A model generated the notes under the pieces. The model was not told the DNA's origin. It did not search any database and saw only the letters and a list, made by a program, of their open reading frames with translations. Positions 50,254 through 60,462 of a DNA stretch of 64,000 nt are shown piece by piece. The stretch lies in the NCBI RefSeq assembly GCF_021582535.1, contig NZ_CP091134.1; one strand, given 5' to 3'. Numbering within the stretch: position 1 is the first letter of the stretch; each line of letters starts with the position of its first letter. The stretch is from Nitrosomonas sp. Its GTDB lineage: Bacteria; Pseudomonadota; Gammaproteobacteria; Burkholderiales; Nitrosomonadaceae. A program made the position numbers and the translations under genes.

Positions 50254-51108
50254 TCAATGAACCGTCGGCCCTGCTTCGCGGAATACCGCATCAACGGCAA
50301 TTGCATCCAAGCGGTACTCACGGTTACAGATGTCATCGTTGACAACGACTTCGCCGAATTCTTTCAGGATTGAATCGACTTCCTCGCGTCCGAGCGAGCG
50401 GAGCATGGCGTATATCTTGGCGGGATCTTCCCGGCAACCGTACTGGATGGTTTGCGCATCGAAAATGCGGATGGTTTCTTGATAAAACAGGCGGGTCAGT
50501 ATTTCTTCCGAGGTCAAATCGAATAAGGCGTGATCATGAACTGTCGCCGCCAGTGCTTCGGCACGCGCCCAGCCATCGGGATCTTGTTGATCGGCATCGG
50601 GCAGTTTTTGCAGCAGCAAACCAAAAATAGCGGTATCCGTGGTAATCAGAAATAAACGCGAAGGCAATTGCTCGGATTGGCGGAAGTAATGTTCAAAGAT
50701 TTCGGCGATATTGTTGCCGTCGAGCGGTACGATGCTTTGATAGCACTCGCGCATCGATGGCATATCCAATGTGATCAACAATTGACCGTGACCGAGCAAT
50801 TCGGATACAGGCTGCGCTGCGATGTTTTCCGCGTGTTTTGCCATGCCGCGAATATGCAATGTATCGGTGCAATCGATAACCAGCATCGAAACCGGACCAT
50901 TGCCACTCAATTGGATGGTCAGCCGGCCGGTTTGCTTGAGATTTTCACCCAGCAGCAAGGTGACGGCGCTCATCTCTCCCAGCAGCCGGGTTACCGGTTG
51001 CGGATAGTTGCGTCCGGTTAACATCGCCTGCCAGACGGAATCGAGGTGTACTATGGCACCGCGGATATCCAGGTTTTCCAGAAGAAAGCGTTGTACATAG
51101 TTGCTCAT
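50254..51108 (-). CDS. hslO: Hsp33-family chaperone (incomplete zinc motif)
   Basis: QRFLLE..DIRG, LTIQLSGNGP, YQSIVPL, YFRQSEQLPS, GLLLQKLP. C-domain has only YGC and DDIC. Confidence 0.88.
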   Translation of the reverse strand: MSNYVQRFLLENLDIRGAIVHLDSVWQAMLTGRNYPQPVTRLLGEMSAVTLLLGENLKQTGRLTIQLSGNGPVSMLVIDCTDTLHIRGMAKHAENIAAQPVSELLGHGQLLITLDMPSMRECYQSIVPLDGNNIAEIFEHYFRQSEQLPSRLFLITTDTAIFGLLLQKLPDADQQDPDGWARAEALAATVHDHALFDLTSEEILTRLFYQETIRIFDAQTIQYGCREDPAKIYAMLRSLGREEVDSILKEFGEVVVNDDICNREYRLDAIAVDAVFREAGPTVH

Positions 51109-51138
51109 TCTAAGGCCTTCGGTTGTAAGAAACCGTCA

Positions 51139-52332
51139 TTATAACCGGTTGTGCTGCAATGCCACCCATGCCTGGCCTAACGCAATCGCGCTGTCGTCCG
51201 GCAACATGTGCCGCGCGCTGAATATTTTCAAAGACGATGCAGTCAAACGGCGGATCAAGCCGTGCCGCAATATTGCGTTATGAAAACACCCGCCCCCCAG
51301 CGCCACATGCGAAATAGTATGTTGCTTGGCCGCCTGTTCAATCCACGCCGCCAATCCGGCAATCAGAGTGGCATGAAATAGCGCGGCGCCATAGGCAACA
51401 TCGTGTCCGGCATCACGGCAGTCGATCAGTGCCGACAATAAGGGCGAGAAATTCAGTTGATTGTCAGCGCTGATGCGATAACCGTCCATCAGTGCAGCGG
51501 TTTTTCCATGCTGTTCAGCGAGTTGCTGCAATTGAATGGCGGCTTGCGCTTCGTGCGATTGAATCGCGTTGACGCCCAGCAATCCGGCCGCCGTGTCGAA
51601 TAAACGCCCCATGCTGGACGTATGCGGACAATTCAGGTTTTTTGCCAGCATCGCGGCAACCGTCGCAGCCGCCGGTTGATCCGGGAAACGCGCGGTAATT
51701 TCAGCGCCGCGGTTTAAACGGAATAACGCTGCCGCAGCCATACGCCACGGCTCCTGTGCGGCGCGATCGCCGCCCGGCAAAGCCAAGGTCGTCAGGTGCC
51801 CCAGCCGGTCAAAACGGGCGCCATCGACCAACAGTAGCTCACCGCCCCAAGGCGTGTTGTCCGTTCCCAGACCGACGCCATCCAGCGCCAGACCTAATAC
51901 CGGTTGAGTCAATTGGTGTTCGGCGCAAATGGCGGCAATGTGGGCATGATGATGTTGCACGGCCAATACGGGAATATGCCGCTGTCCGGCGTATGTTTGC
52001 GCAAACTGCGTGCTGTAAAAATCCGGGTGCAGGTCGTGCGTGACGATTTCCGGTTGAATTGCATAATCCAGACACAGGCGCTGCACGGTTCGGTCCAATT
52101 GCTCACGAGCCTCCATCGTTGCCAAATCGCCAATCAGCGGAGAGATATGCGCACTATTGCCTCGCGTTACACAAATGGTATTTTTTAGCCAGGCGCCGCA
52201 GGCTAGAACGGAAGGACCGTCAATAGCCAGTGCGATAGTGGTGCCGTGTGGATTAACCAAGCGTGGAATCGATGTGTTGCGGAAGCTGGCTCGCTGCTGC
52301 TGCGCGATGGCACTCCGCGCTAATCCAATCAA
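51139..52332 (-). CDS. hypF: Short HypF carbamoyltransferase (Kae1-like C-terminal domains only)
   Basis: [30 protein letters not shown]...[29 protein letters not shown]. Real start may be TTG at 52260. Confidence 0.88.
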   Translation of the reverse strand: MIGLARSAIAQQQRASFRNTSIPRLVNPHGTTIALAIDGPSVLACGAWLKNTICVTRGNSAHISPLIGDLATMEAREQLDRTVQRLCLDYAIQPEIVTHDLHPDFYSTQFAQTYAGQRHIPVLAVQHHHAHIAAICAEHQLTQPVLGLALDGVGLGTDNTPWGGELLLVDGARFDRLGHLTTLALPGGDRAAQEPWRMAAAALFRLNRGAEITARFPDQPAAATVAAMLAKNLNCPHTSSMGRLFDTAAGLLGVNAIQSHEAQAAIQLQQLAEQHGKTAALMDGYRISADNQLNFSPLLSALIDCRDAGHDVAYGAALFHATLIAGLAAWIEQAAKQHTISHVALGGGCFHNAILRHGLIRRLTASSLKIFSARHMLPDDSAIALGQAWVALQHNRL

Positions 52333-53173
52333 TCCATGCCTGCATGCCGCTGCCTAGTGTGGCGGAAATTTGCAGCACGGGCAATCCGGGATGTATACGG
52401 TGCGCATAGCTAATAGCCAAATCGACATCAAAAGTTAAGTGGGGCAGCAAATCGCATTTATTCAGCAGCATCAAATCGGCGGCATGGAACATGTCGGGGT
52501 ATTTCAGCGGTTTGTCTTCGCCTTCGGTGGCGGACAGAATCACCACTTTGTGCGCTTCGCCCAAGTCAAAACCGGATGGGCACACCAGATTGCCGACGTT
52601 TTCAATGAATAGCAAACTGTTATCCCGGATCGGCATTTGCTGCAAAGCTTGGCCGATCATGTGCGCATCCAGATGACAACCCTTGCCGGTGTTGATTTGC
52701 AGCGCCGGGACACCGGTTGCACGGATCCGCGCGGCGTCGTGATCGGTTTGCTGATCGCCCTCGATCACGGCAATCGGGAACCGGCCGCGCAACATTTCGA
52801 TCGTTTTGACGAGCACTGTGGTTTTGCCGGAACCCGGACTCGAGACCAGATTCAGCGCAAAAATGCAGTGTTCCGCTAAATACCGGCGATTCTCCGCAGC
52901 AAACTGATTATTTTTCGTCAGAATGTCGCGCTCGATTTTAACCATTCTGGATTGGCTCATACCGGGTGCGTGCGTACCCGCGATGCCGGTGCCGAAATGC
53001 AGCGTATCTGTTGTGTGATCCGCTGTTACGGGCGCCGCTGCCTGCTCGTGCGCAGGATCATGCGCGGATTGCATCGGGCGATAGCGAAGCCGGGTGTTTG
53101 AACGATGCCGCGATGGCATCGATTGACCGTTAATGCGCGTCTGTCCAATGCCGCAGCCACAAGTTGTACACAT
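52253..53173 (-). CDS. hypB: Hydrogenase nickel incorporation GTPase
   Basis: [42 protein letters not shown]. Confidence 0.96.
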   Translation of the reverse strand: MCTTCGCGIGQTRINGQSMPSRHRSNTRLRYRPMQSAHDPAHEQAAAPVTADHTTDTLHFGTGIAGTHAPGMSQSRMVKIERDILTKNNQFAAENRRYLAEHCIFALNLVSSPGSGKTTVLVKTIEMLRGRFPIAVIEGDQQTDHDAARIRATGVPALQINTGKGCHLDAHMIGQALQQMPIRDNSLLFIENVGNLVCPSGFDLGEAHKVVILSATEGEDKPLKYPDMFHAADLMLLNKCDLLPHLTFDVDLAISYAHRIHPGLPVLQISATLGSGMQAWIDWISAECHRAAAASQLPQHIDSTLG

Positions 53174-53185
53174 AATCGATTCCTT

Positions 53186-53527
53186 TTATTCCACTTCCAA
53201 TTCCTTGATGCGCATGCCATCGCCTTGCGTGACATGCAGTGCATAGCTGCCGCACTGCGGACACGCCTGATGGTAGGTGGCGATCATCATAACCTGATGG
53301 CATTGATCGCACATCGCCTGTCCGGCAATGTCGATAATTTCCAGCTTGGCCTGCCGGGCAATACTGTCTTCCGTTACTACTGTAAAAAAGAAGCGTAGCG
53401 ATTCCTGTTCGACGCACGCCAGTTGGCCGATTTCCAGCCATACCGTTTTGACTTGTGTGAATTGCTGTTCAACCGCGGCGTCTTCGATGAGTTGTAAGAT
53501 GCTTTCGGCAAGCGATAGCTCATGCAT
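53186..53527 (-). CDS. hypA: Hydrogenase nickel metallochaperone
   Basis: MHELSLA; two CxxC motifs. Confidence 0.96.
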   Translation of the reverse strand: MHELSLAESILQLIEDAAVEQQFTQVKTVWLEIGQLACVEQESLRFFFTVVTEDSIARQAKLEIIDIAGQAMCDQCHQVMMIATYHQACPQCGSYALHVTQGDGMRIKELEVE

Positions 53528-53550
53528 GTATTACCTCATCAGCCGGCGGC

Positions 53551-53910
53551 TTACGGGATCAATAAAAAACCGCCATAACCGGCAATGATGATACCGCTAG
53601 AACGAATCCACCGGATACCGGCAAATTTTTTGCACAACTGGGCTAAGCCGATGCCGCACAAATGCAACAGCATCGTCGCCAGCATAAAACCCGCAGCGTA
53701 GGAGGGCAGCGCTGTACTGGGCGGCATTTCGCTGCCATGCGCATAACCATGGCTGAGCGCAAATAATCCGATCAACAGCGCGCTGATACTGAGCAGTAAA
53801 TGTTTGCGCCAAGCGAGCAGTGTAAATGGATGTGCGAAGCCGTGCAGCCAACCGTTATGCGGTCCATCGCCGGTATGCGCAGACACCGGTGGTGAAGCCG
53901 GTTTTTTCAT
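53551..53910 (-). pseudogene. hupE: HupE/UreJ nickel transporter, internally deleted
   Basis: AHTG...GFAHPFT runs directly into LLAW...ALSHGYAHGSEMP...LHLCG. The family's GxDHLLAM segment, the following TM helices and the signal-peptide core are missing. Confidence 0.7.
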
Positions 53911-54350
53911 CGTTGCTGTGGAACCCATTGCTGAATTTTTAAAATGGCGGCGGCCAGATTTTCATTGGCTTGAATGCTCAAATAATCTCCCAATTCAAAA
54001 CGATAACCGCGGATACGCAGCAGAAAAGCAGGTGGCGCGGTGTGTGAATGGATTTGCTGGTAAACATACAGCAACGCCGCCGGTGTCAAGGCATGGCTGG
54101 TATAACTGGCGTCTTTTTCCGCAGTCACGGCTGAAAATTCAAAAGGTTCCTGGCACGACATATCCGCGTCCACAAATATAATCCGGTCAAAGCCCGTTAA
54201 ATCGGCAGCATGCTCAATCAGTAATTGCATGTCAACAAGGCAAGCGGCATCCGCCAATTGTAACTGAGCGATATGCTCAACCAGCAGGGGGCCTAATGCG
54301 TCGTCCCCGCGTCCGGGATTTCCATAGCCGAATAGCAATAATTTGCTCAT
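53907..54350 (-). CDS. Hydrogenase maturation protease (HoxW/HyaD family)
   Basis: LLFGYGNPGRGDDALG, IFVDA, TSHALTP. Confidence 0.9.
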   Translation of the reverse strand: MSKLLLFGYGNPGRGDDALGPLLVEHIAQLQLADAACLVDMQLLIEHAADLTGFDRIIFVDADMSCQEPFEFSAVTAEKDASYTSHALTPAALLYVYQQIHSHTAPPAFLLRIRGYRFELGDYLSIQANENLAAAILKIQQWVPQQR

Positions 54351-54692
54351 GCGCTACCCGGGTGCATGAGATGCGTGGTTTTATGACTGCGAGATTGTTT
54401 CATTAAAACTGGCCTGTGATTTGTGATGGTGATTTTATGCACTGTTTTACAGAAAGTATGATTTTTCTTTGGCTGCTTGCGGGTTAACTGCCGATTCTGT
54501 TCAAGATTGATCTGTCATCCAGGATGAATAAACCGTCATTACGCAGCCTGTATACCGGTACATCGCCTACTCGCAGCAATTCCGATTTCAGTAATAAATA
54601 AGTCGCTTATCAAACTTAGTTTAACTGTAACCCTGCGCCGACCGGGACACCGGCCGCTCACCTCCCGGTCAATCCCGACTACAAACTGACTA

Positions 54693-54708
54693 GGGCACTT
54701 TTGGTGCA
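54693..54708 (+). promoter_or_regulatory. Possible sigma54 promoter of the PEP-CTERM gene
   Basis: GGGCACTTTTGGTGCA has GG-N10-GC spacing; about 120 bp upstream of ATG 54828. Confidence 0.35.
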
Positions 54709-54827
54709 TTCATCTTATTAATTTCATGACACTTTTCCCTATTTAATTCAGAGTGCTTACTGCATCATACGCAGCATGATTGAGCAGTGAATTGTTTGAT
54801 GTGCAGGTTAAATTTTAAAGGAGCGAA

Positions 54828-55433
54828 ATGATGCAAAGTTATTTTCGATCGGTAGCGGTTTCTGTTGCACTGTGCTTGGGTTCAGTTAGCAGTATCGCTA
54901 CTGCCGGTGTTTTTGACGGACACACGATCAATTATCAGTACTATTTCCCGAATTTGAGTACGCCGTATGCTTCGGCCGGTAATGGTGATTATCTGGTGAA
55001 TTCCGGTGTGGAGATATCGAATGTGGTTGATGGTTTCGGTACCATAGACTTCAGCGGCGATGAATTCGTGATTTCCTTCGCGCATAGCGGCAATTTTTCG
55101 CCTACTGCATTTAATGGCTTTGCAATTAGTGATGTAACTGCAAGCATCAATCCATTTGCATCATTCAACCTGATTTCGAATACCGCGGTGAGCGGCACAC
55201 CCACTTTGAGTTTTGATTCAAATCATTTGTATGTGAATTGGACGGGGCTTAATTTCAATCGGGGCGAACTGGTTTTTTCGGTGAGTTCGCTAGCGCCACA
55301 TTCATATCCACACTCACATCCGGGCACTTCTTTTTCCCATACCATCAGCCCAGTTCCGGAACCCGATACTTATGCGATCTTACTGGCCGGGCTAGGACTG
55401 GTAGGCTATAGCGCACGCCGCAAGCAAATTTAA
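54828..55433 (+). CDS. PEP-CTERM sorting domain protein
   Basis: RBS AAGGAG; signal peptide; C-terminal VPEPDTYAILLAGLGLVGYSARRK. Confidence 0.93.
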   Translation: MMQSYFRSVAVSVALCLGSVSSIATAGVFDGHTINYQYYFPNLSTPYASAGNGDYLVNSGVEISNVVDGFGTIDFSGDEFVISFAHSGNFSPTAFNGFAISDVTASINPFASFNLISNTAVSGTPTLSFDSNHLYVNWTGLNFNRGELVFSVSSLAPHSYPHSHPGTSFSHTISPVPEPDTYAILLAGLGLVGYSARRKQI

Positions 55434-55482
55434 TTTGTGTCCGTTGTCCGCGATATGTCTTATGTACATCGGATTACGTAGC

Positions 55483-55516
55483 AATAAAAAACCGCCACTT
55501 CGGGCGGTTTTTTATT
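55483..55516. terminator. Bidirectional rho-independent terminator
   Basis: aataaaaaaccgcc-acttcg-ggcggttttttatt between convergent genes. Confidence 0.88.
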
Positions 55517-55537
55517 TTATGCTTTGATACTTGAGGG

Positions 55538-55723
55538 TTAGTGCCCAGGTTTGCTGGTACCACCATAAGGCCGTGGATCTTGCCCTTCTTTGAGGCATTC
55601 ACCATTACCACCTACGCCAAACTTACAATCATCTGTGCTCGCATTGGGATCACCCATGTTGGCGTTTGAACAAGCGGCTAAGAAAACTAATAAAGTTGCA
55701 GCAAAAATTGATTTTTTCATCAT
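55538..55723 (-). CDS. Small lipoprotein
   Basis: RBS AAAGGA; MMKKSIFAATLLVFLAAC lipobox; ends just before the terminator. Confidence 0.75.
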   Translation of the reverse strand: MMKKSIFAATLLVFLAACSNANMGDPNASTDDCKFGVGGNGECLKEGQDPRPYGGTSKPGH

Positions 55724-55808
55724 TCTAATCGTTCCTTTCTTTTAAAATACCCAAATTTAATCAGGGATTCGAGTATATAACAGAACTCCAAATATTCAAA
55801 CAAGTAGT

Positions 55809-57629
55809 TTACTGTCCTACTCCCGACTCATAACTACGAAGGATTTCAATCAGATAGTCGCCATATTTGACGAGCTTGCGCGCACCGATACCGCTGATCT
55901 GGCGTAATTCATCCTGCGTTTTCGGACACTGCCGCGCCAGTTCGCGCAAGGTCGCATCGTGAAAAATCACATACGCCGGTACGCCATGTTCTTTAGCCAT
56001 TTTCGCGCGCCATGCGCGTAACTGCTCCCAAAGATATCGTTCGGTTGCATCCAGCAACATCAAATCGCTGCTTGGCCGTTTTTCAAATGCCTGTCCCACC
56101 TTGGTTTGCAACCGCAATTGCACGGTTTGCTGTCCCTTCAACACGGTGCGGCTTGCTTCGGTCAGGTGCAATGCGCCATGACTTTCACTGTCGGCCGATA
56201 GCAGACCCAGTGCGATGATCTGACGGAATACCGCGCGCCAGGTTTTTTCCGGTAAGTCTTTACCGATGCCGAACGTAGTCAAGCGGTCGTGATGCCATTC
56301 TTTGACACGTTCGGTCAGATTGCCGCGCAAAATATCGATCAAGTGACCCGCGCCGAAATTTTGCCCGGCGCGGTAAACGCAGGATAGCGCCTTTTGCACT
56401 TCCACCGTTGCATCCCAAACTTGCGGCGGATTCAAACACACATCGCAATTGCCGCAGGCCGCAGTGTCATCCGTAGCTTCACCAAAATAACGCAAAATGC
56501 GGAAACGCCGGCAAGTGGTTGTTTCGCATAGCGATAGCATGGCTTCCAGCTTGCGGGCGGCAACTTGTTTAAATTTGAGCTGCGCTTCCGATTCTTCGAT
56601 CATGCGCCGCTGCTGGATAACATCGCCAAGACCGTATACCATCCAGGCATTGGCCGCTTGTCCGTCGCGCCCGGCGCGGCCGGTTTCCTGGTAATAACCT
56701 TCAATGCTTTTGGGCAAATCCAAATGCGCGACAAAACGTACGTCGGGCTTATCAATCCCCATGCCAAAAGCGATGGTGGCAACCATGACAATACCTTCTT
56801 CGCGCAGAAATCTTTCCTGATTCAGACTGCGTTCCTGCATGCTCATGCCGGCGTGGTAAGCAATCGCGCGCAAACCCTGCCCGGTCAACCATGCAGCCGT
56901 TTCCTCAACTTTTTTGCGCGATAAGCAATAGACAATGCCGGCATCGCCAGGGTGTTCCGTCCGTAAGAAAGTCAATAATTGCGCCCGGCTATTGGCTTTA
57001 TCGATAATTTGATAGCGGATATTCGGTCGGTCAAAACTGGACACGAATATTCTGGCTTCATCCAATCCGAGCCGCTCAATGATCTCCTTACGGGTATCCA
57101 TATCGGCTGTTGCCGTCAGTGCGATACGCGGCACGTCCGGAAAACGTTCATGCAGTACCGATAACTGTATGTATTCCGGACGGAAATCATGACCCCACTG
57201 CGACACGCAATGCGCTTCGTCAATGGCGAATAGCGCAACCGGAGTGCGTGCGATCAGATTGAGGAAGCGCGCTGTCAACAATCGTTCCGGCGCGACATAC
57301 AGTAAATCATAGCCGCCCGCCAGAAGCTTCTGTTCAACTTCCGCTGCAGCTTGCTGCGATAACGAAGAATTCAGCACCGCCGCGCGCACCCCTAATTCAT
57401 GCAGCGCCGCGACTTGATTCTGCATCAAAGCGATCAACGGGGACACGACGATGGCAACACCGTCGCGCAATAAAGCCGGAATTTGATAACACAGTGATTT
57501 GCCGCCGCCGGTCGGCATCAAAACCAAGCAATCGCCACCGTTGGCCAGGTGTTCGATAACTTCCGCTTGTTGCCCGCGAAAAGCGGGATAACCAAAAACT
57601 TCCTTGAGTATAGTGAGTGCGTTGGACAT
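55809..57629 (-). CDS. recQ: ATP-dependent DNA helicase RecQ
   Basis: [44 protein letters not shown] domain. Confidence 0.97.
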   Translation of the reverse strand: MSNALTILKEVFGYPAFRGQQAEVIEHLANGGDCLVLMPTGGGKSLCYQIPALLRDGVAIVVSPLIALMQNQVAALHELGVRAAVLNSSLSQQAAAEVEQKLLAGGYDLLYVAPERLLTARFLNLIARTPVALFAIDEAHCVSQWGHDFRPEYIQLSVLHERFPDVPRIALTATADMDTRKEIIERLGLDEARIFVSSFDRPNIRYQIIDKANSRAQLLTFLRTEHPGDAGIVYCLSRKKVEETAAWLTGQGLRAIAYHAGMSMQERSLNQERFLREEGIVMVATIAFGMGIDKPDVRFVAHLDLPKSIEGYYQETGRAGRDGQAANAWMVYGLGDVIQQRRMIEESEAQLKFKQVAARKLEAMLSLCETTTCRRFRILRYFGEATDDTAACGNCDVCLNPPQVWDATVEVQKALSCVYRAGQNFGAGHLIDILRGNLTERVKEWHHDRLTTFGIGKDLPEKTWRAVFRQIIALGLLSADSESHGALHLTEASRTVLKGQQTVQLRLQTKVGQAFEKRPSSDLMLLDATERYLWEQLRAWRAKMAKEHGVPAYVIFHDATLRELARQCPKTQDELRQISGIGARKLVKYGDYLIEILRSYESGVGQ

Positions 57630-57859
57630 TCCGGATGTGGTTACTGCATGATCTTGATTTTTCTTCGGTAAGAAACGCTATTTTTTGATTTTACGGAAAT
57701 AAACGGCACATTCAAGCGATCGCTCCGTCTTACTGTTGTGCGAATCGTAAAGACTTGACCGGCGATAGTACAGTAGAATGCACACCCTGACACTTGGAAG
57801 TTTCTGCTGGGTCAGTCCGCAATCGTTTGCATCGTTTCAAATCATTCGCGTTATTGTGC

Positions 57860-57868
57860 TGGTATAAT
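57860..57868 (+). promoter_or_regulatory. Extended -10 (TGnTATAAT) candidate sigma70 promoter of glnA
   Basis: TGGTATAAT 56 bp upstream of the glnA ATG. Confidence 0.5.
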
Positions 57869-57924
57869 TCTATCTAATTGCAGCTTTATTTATACAATTT
57901 GTCACGCTAGTCTGGAGAGAAAAA

Positions 57925-59334
57925 ATGGTGGTAAATGATGTTTTGAAATTGATTCAAGACAATGAGGTTAAATTTGTTGATTTACGCTTTACCGATACCA
58001 ATGGTAAAGAACATCATGTTACCGTACCTGCACATACCTTCGATGCGGATAAATTTGAAGATGGCCATCCCTTTGACGGTTCATCGATAGGCGGCTGGAA
58101 AGGCATCCAAGCATCCGATATGTTGCTGATCCCGGATCCGGATACCGCCAACATGGATCCCTTCATGGATGAACCGACATTGCTGATGACGTGCGATGTG
58201 GTCGAGCCGGCGGACGGCAAGGGCTATAGCCGCGATCCGCGTTCGTTGGCCAAGCGGGGTGAAATTTACTTAAAATCGACCGGTATCGGCGATGTTGCTT
58301 ATTTCGGCCCGGAGCCGGAGTTTTTTATTTTCGATTCGGTGCGCTGGCATACCGATATGTCCGGCTGCTCGGTCAAAATCGAATCCGAGGAAGCCGCCTG
58401 GAGCTCTGCGATCAAATACGAAAGCGGCAATATCGGTCATCGTCCGTCGATCAAAGGCGGTTACTTTCCCGTACCGCCGGTCGATTCGCTGCAAGATATC
58501 CGTTCCGCGATGTGCCTGACATTGGAAGACATGGGCATCGGCGTCGAAGTGCATCATCATGAAGTCGCCACGGCGGGTCAATGTGAAATCGGCACCCGTT
58601 TCAACAGCCTGGTTAAACGCGCGGACTGGAATCAAGTGCTCAAGTATGTCATCCACAATGTAGCGCATTCATACGGTAAAACAGCCACTTTCATGCCCAA
58701 GCCGATCGTCGGTGATGCCGGTTCCGGCATGCATGTGCACCAATCGATCTGGAAAGACGGTAAGAATTTGTTCTCCGGCAACGGCTATGCCGGTTTATCG
58801 GAAATCGCGCTGTATTACATCGGCGGTATCCTGAAACACGCCAAAGCGCTGAATGCCATCTGCAACCCCAGCACCAATTCATACAAGCGTCTGGTCGCGG
58901 GATATGAAGCACCGGTCAATCTGGCTTACTCCGCCAGCAACCGTTCGGCCTCTATTCGCATTCCGCACACCAGCAGCCCCAAGGGACGGCGTATCGAAGT
59001 CCGTTTCCCCGATCCGACCGCCAATCCGTATCTGGCGTTTACTGCGTTGATGATGGCCGGACTCGACGGTATTCAGAACAAAATCCATCCGGGCGATCCG
59101 ATGGACAAGAATCTGTACGATCTGCCGCCGGAAGAAGCGGCCAAAGTGCCGAATGTGTGCGCGTCATTGGACGAAGCGCTGGATTGTCTGGACAAAGACC
59201 GCGATTTTCTGATTCGCGGCGGCGTCTTCTCCAATGACATCATCGATGCGTATATTCAACTGAAAATGGATGAGGTGATTCTACTGCGCACCACGACGCA
59301 TCCGGTTAAATTTGATATGTATTACAGCTTGTAA
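57925..59334 (+). CDS. glnA: Type I glutamine synthetase
   Basis: [45 protein letters not shown], adenylylation site NLYDLP. Confidence 0.97.
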   Translation: MVVNDVLKLIQDNEVKFVDLRFTDTNGKEHHVTVPAHTFDADKFEDGHPFDGSSIGGWKGIQASDMLLIPDPDTANMDPFMDEPTLLMTCDVVEPADGKGYSRDPRSLAKRGEIYLKSTGIGDVAYFGPEPEFFIFDSVRWHTDMSGCSVKIESEEAAWSSAIKYESGNIGHRPSIKGGYFPVPPVDSLQDIRSAMCLTLEDMGIGVEVHHHEVATAGQCEIGTRFNSLVKRADWNQVLKYVIHNVAHSYGKTATFMPKPIVGDAGSGMHVHQSIWKDGKNLFSGNGYAGLSEIALYYIGGILKHAKALNAICNPSTNSYKRLVAGYEAPVNLAYSASNRSASIRIPHTSSPKGRRIEVRFPDPTANPYLAFTALMMAGLDGIQNKIHPGDPMDKNLYDLPPEEAAKVPNVCASLDEALDCLDKDRDFLIRGGVFSNDIIDAYIQLKMDEVILLRTTTHPVKFDMYYSL

Positions 59335-59518
59335 ATTTGAAAATGCAGGAAATTCAAATTGATTTTAGCCATCGTGACGGAATCGAGGCGCATGAAAAAA
59401 TAGAACCGTAAAGCGCAATAAGCAGGATTTATTCGCTCTTTTTTTGCTTTTCGTTAGAGAAATCATTGGTAGACTGATCGGGTAGCGGTAATTGTGATCA
59501 ACATTCTTCTAGCAAAAT

Positions 59519-59968
59519 ATGAAAACCGGAACATTACCAATCCTATTCGCCCTTATTTTGTTGAGCTCTTTATCGCAGGCTATTGCTGAAACAAACATCT
59601 ACAAGCATGTTGATAAAGACGGCAATATCACCTTTACTAACCGCCGTATCCCTAACTCGGAAAAAATATCCATTGCGTCGTATTCCAGAAATTCCGAATC
59701 CGCTCCGGCCAAATCACAATCCAATGGAAATGCGCCGCGTATAAAAGATACGACGCAAAAGGAACGCGATACGGTACGCCGCCAGATTCTGCAAAAGGAA
59801 TTGTCGGCCGAAGAAAAGCATTTCATTGATACGCAAACGCATCTCGATCAATTCGGCGATGCCGCGGAAGCAAGCAATCCGCATGAAAAAGTGGTACAGC
59901 TTAGAAATAAATTATTCCAGCATCAAAGAAACATCACTGCCTTAAAGAAAGAACTCGCCAGACTATAA
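59519..59968 (+). CDS. DUF4124 domain exported protein
   Basis: Signal peptide; IYKHVDKDGNITFTN; coiled-coil C-terminus. Confidence 0.85.
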   Translation: MKTGTLPILFALILLSSLSQAIAETNIYKHVDKDGNITFTNRRIPNSEKISIASYSRNSESAPAKSQSNGNAPRIKDTTQKERDTVRRQILQKELSAEEKHFIDTQTHLDQFGDAAEASNPHEKVVQLRNKLFQHQRNITALKKELARL

Positions 59969-60005
59969 TTGCTCTAAAAATCACAACCGGTCCATAGGGT
60001 GATGC

Positions 60006-60455
60006 ATGAAAAGAAATAATTTCTTGTTGATTGTTCTGGCTTTTTTTTCCTGTTCAATACAAGCCGGTGTGTATAAGCATGTCGACGAGCGTGGCAACGT
60101 GACTTATTCCAACGTACCGTCGAGCAACGCCAAGAAAATTGATTTACCTCCGATTGTGGTCGTGCCTTCGGTCGATTCCGGCGACGTGGAAGAAAGAATC
60201 GCAAAACGCCGCGAAGCGATGAAACTCGAGGAACAGCGCGAGAAAATACAAGGCAAAATAACGGAAGAAGAGAAACGTCTCGGCGAATTAAAAAGCGAAT
60301 ACAAAGACGGTGCTCCGGATCGTTTGGGCAGTGAGCGTAATTACCAGCGCTATCTCAACCGGGTCGAGCGGATGCGTGAAGAAATCGACGCCCGGGAAAA
60401 GAATCTGGAGACGTTAAAAAAAGGGCTTCAGGAAATATCCCGCAACGACCCGTAA
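60006..60455 (+). CDS. DUF4124 domain exported protein
   Basis: Signal peptide; VYKHVDERGNVTYSNVP; ERNYQRYL. Confidence 0.85.
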   Translation: MKRNNFLLIVLAFFSCSIQAGVYKHVDERGNVTYSNVPSSNAKKIDLPPIVVVPSVDSGDVEERIAKRREAMKLEEQREKIQGKITEEEKRLGELKSEYKDGAPDRLGSERNYQRYLNRVERMREEIDAREKNLETLKKGLQEISRNDP

Positions 60456-60462
60456 TCTCAGT

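Noticed and set aside
54485-54595. Minus-strand open stretch LLKSELLRVGDVPVYRL... as a hydrogenase subunit remnant
   Set aside because: No start codon and no hydrogenase motif recognised.
57703-57717. Sigma54 promoter for glnA (CGGCAC...AGC)
   Set aside because: GG-to-GC spacing is 9 nt rather than the required 10.
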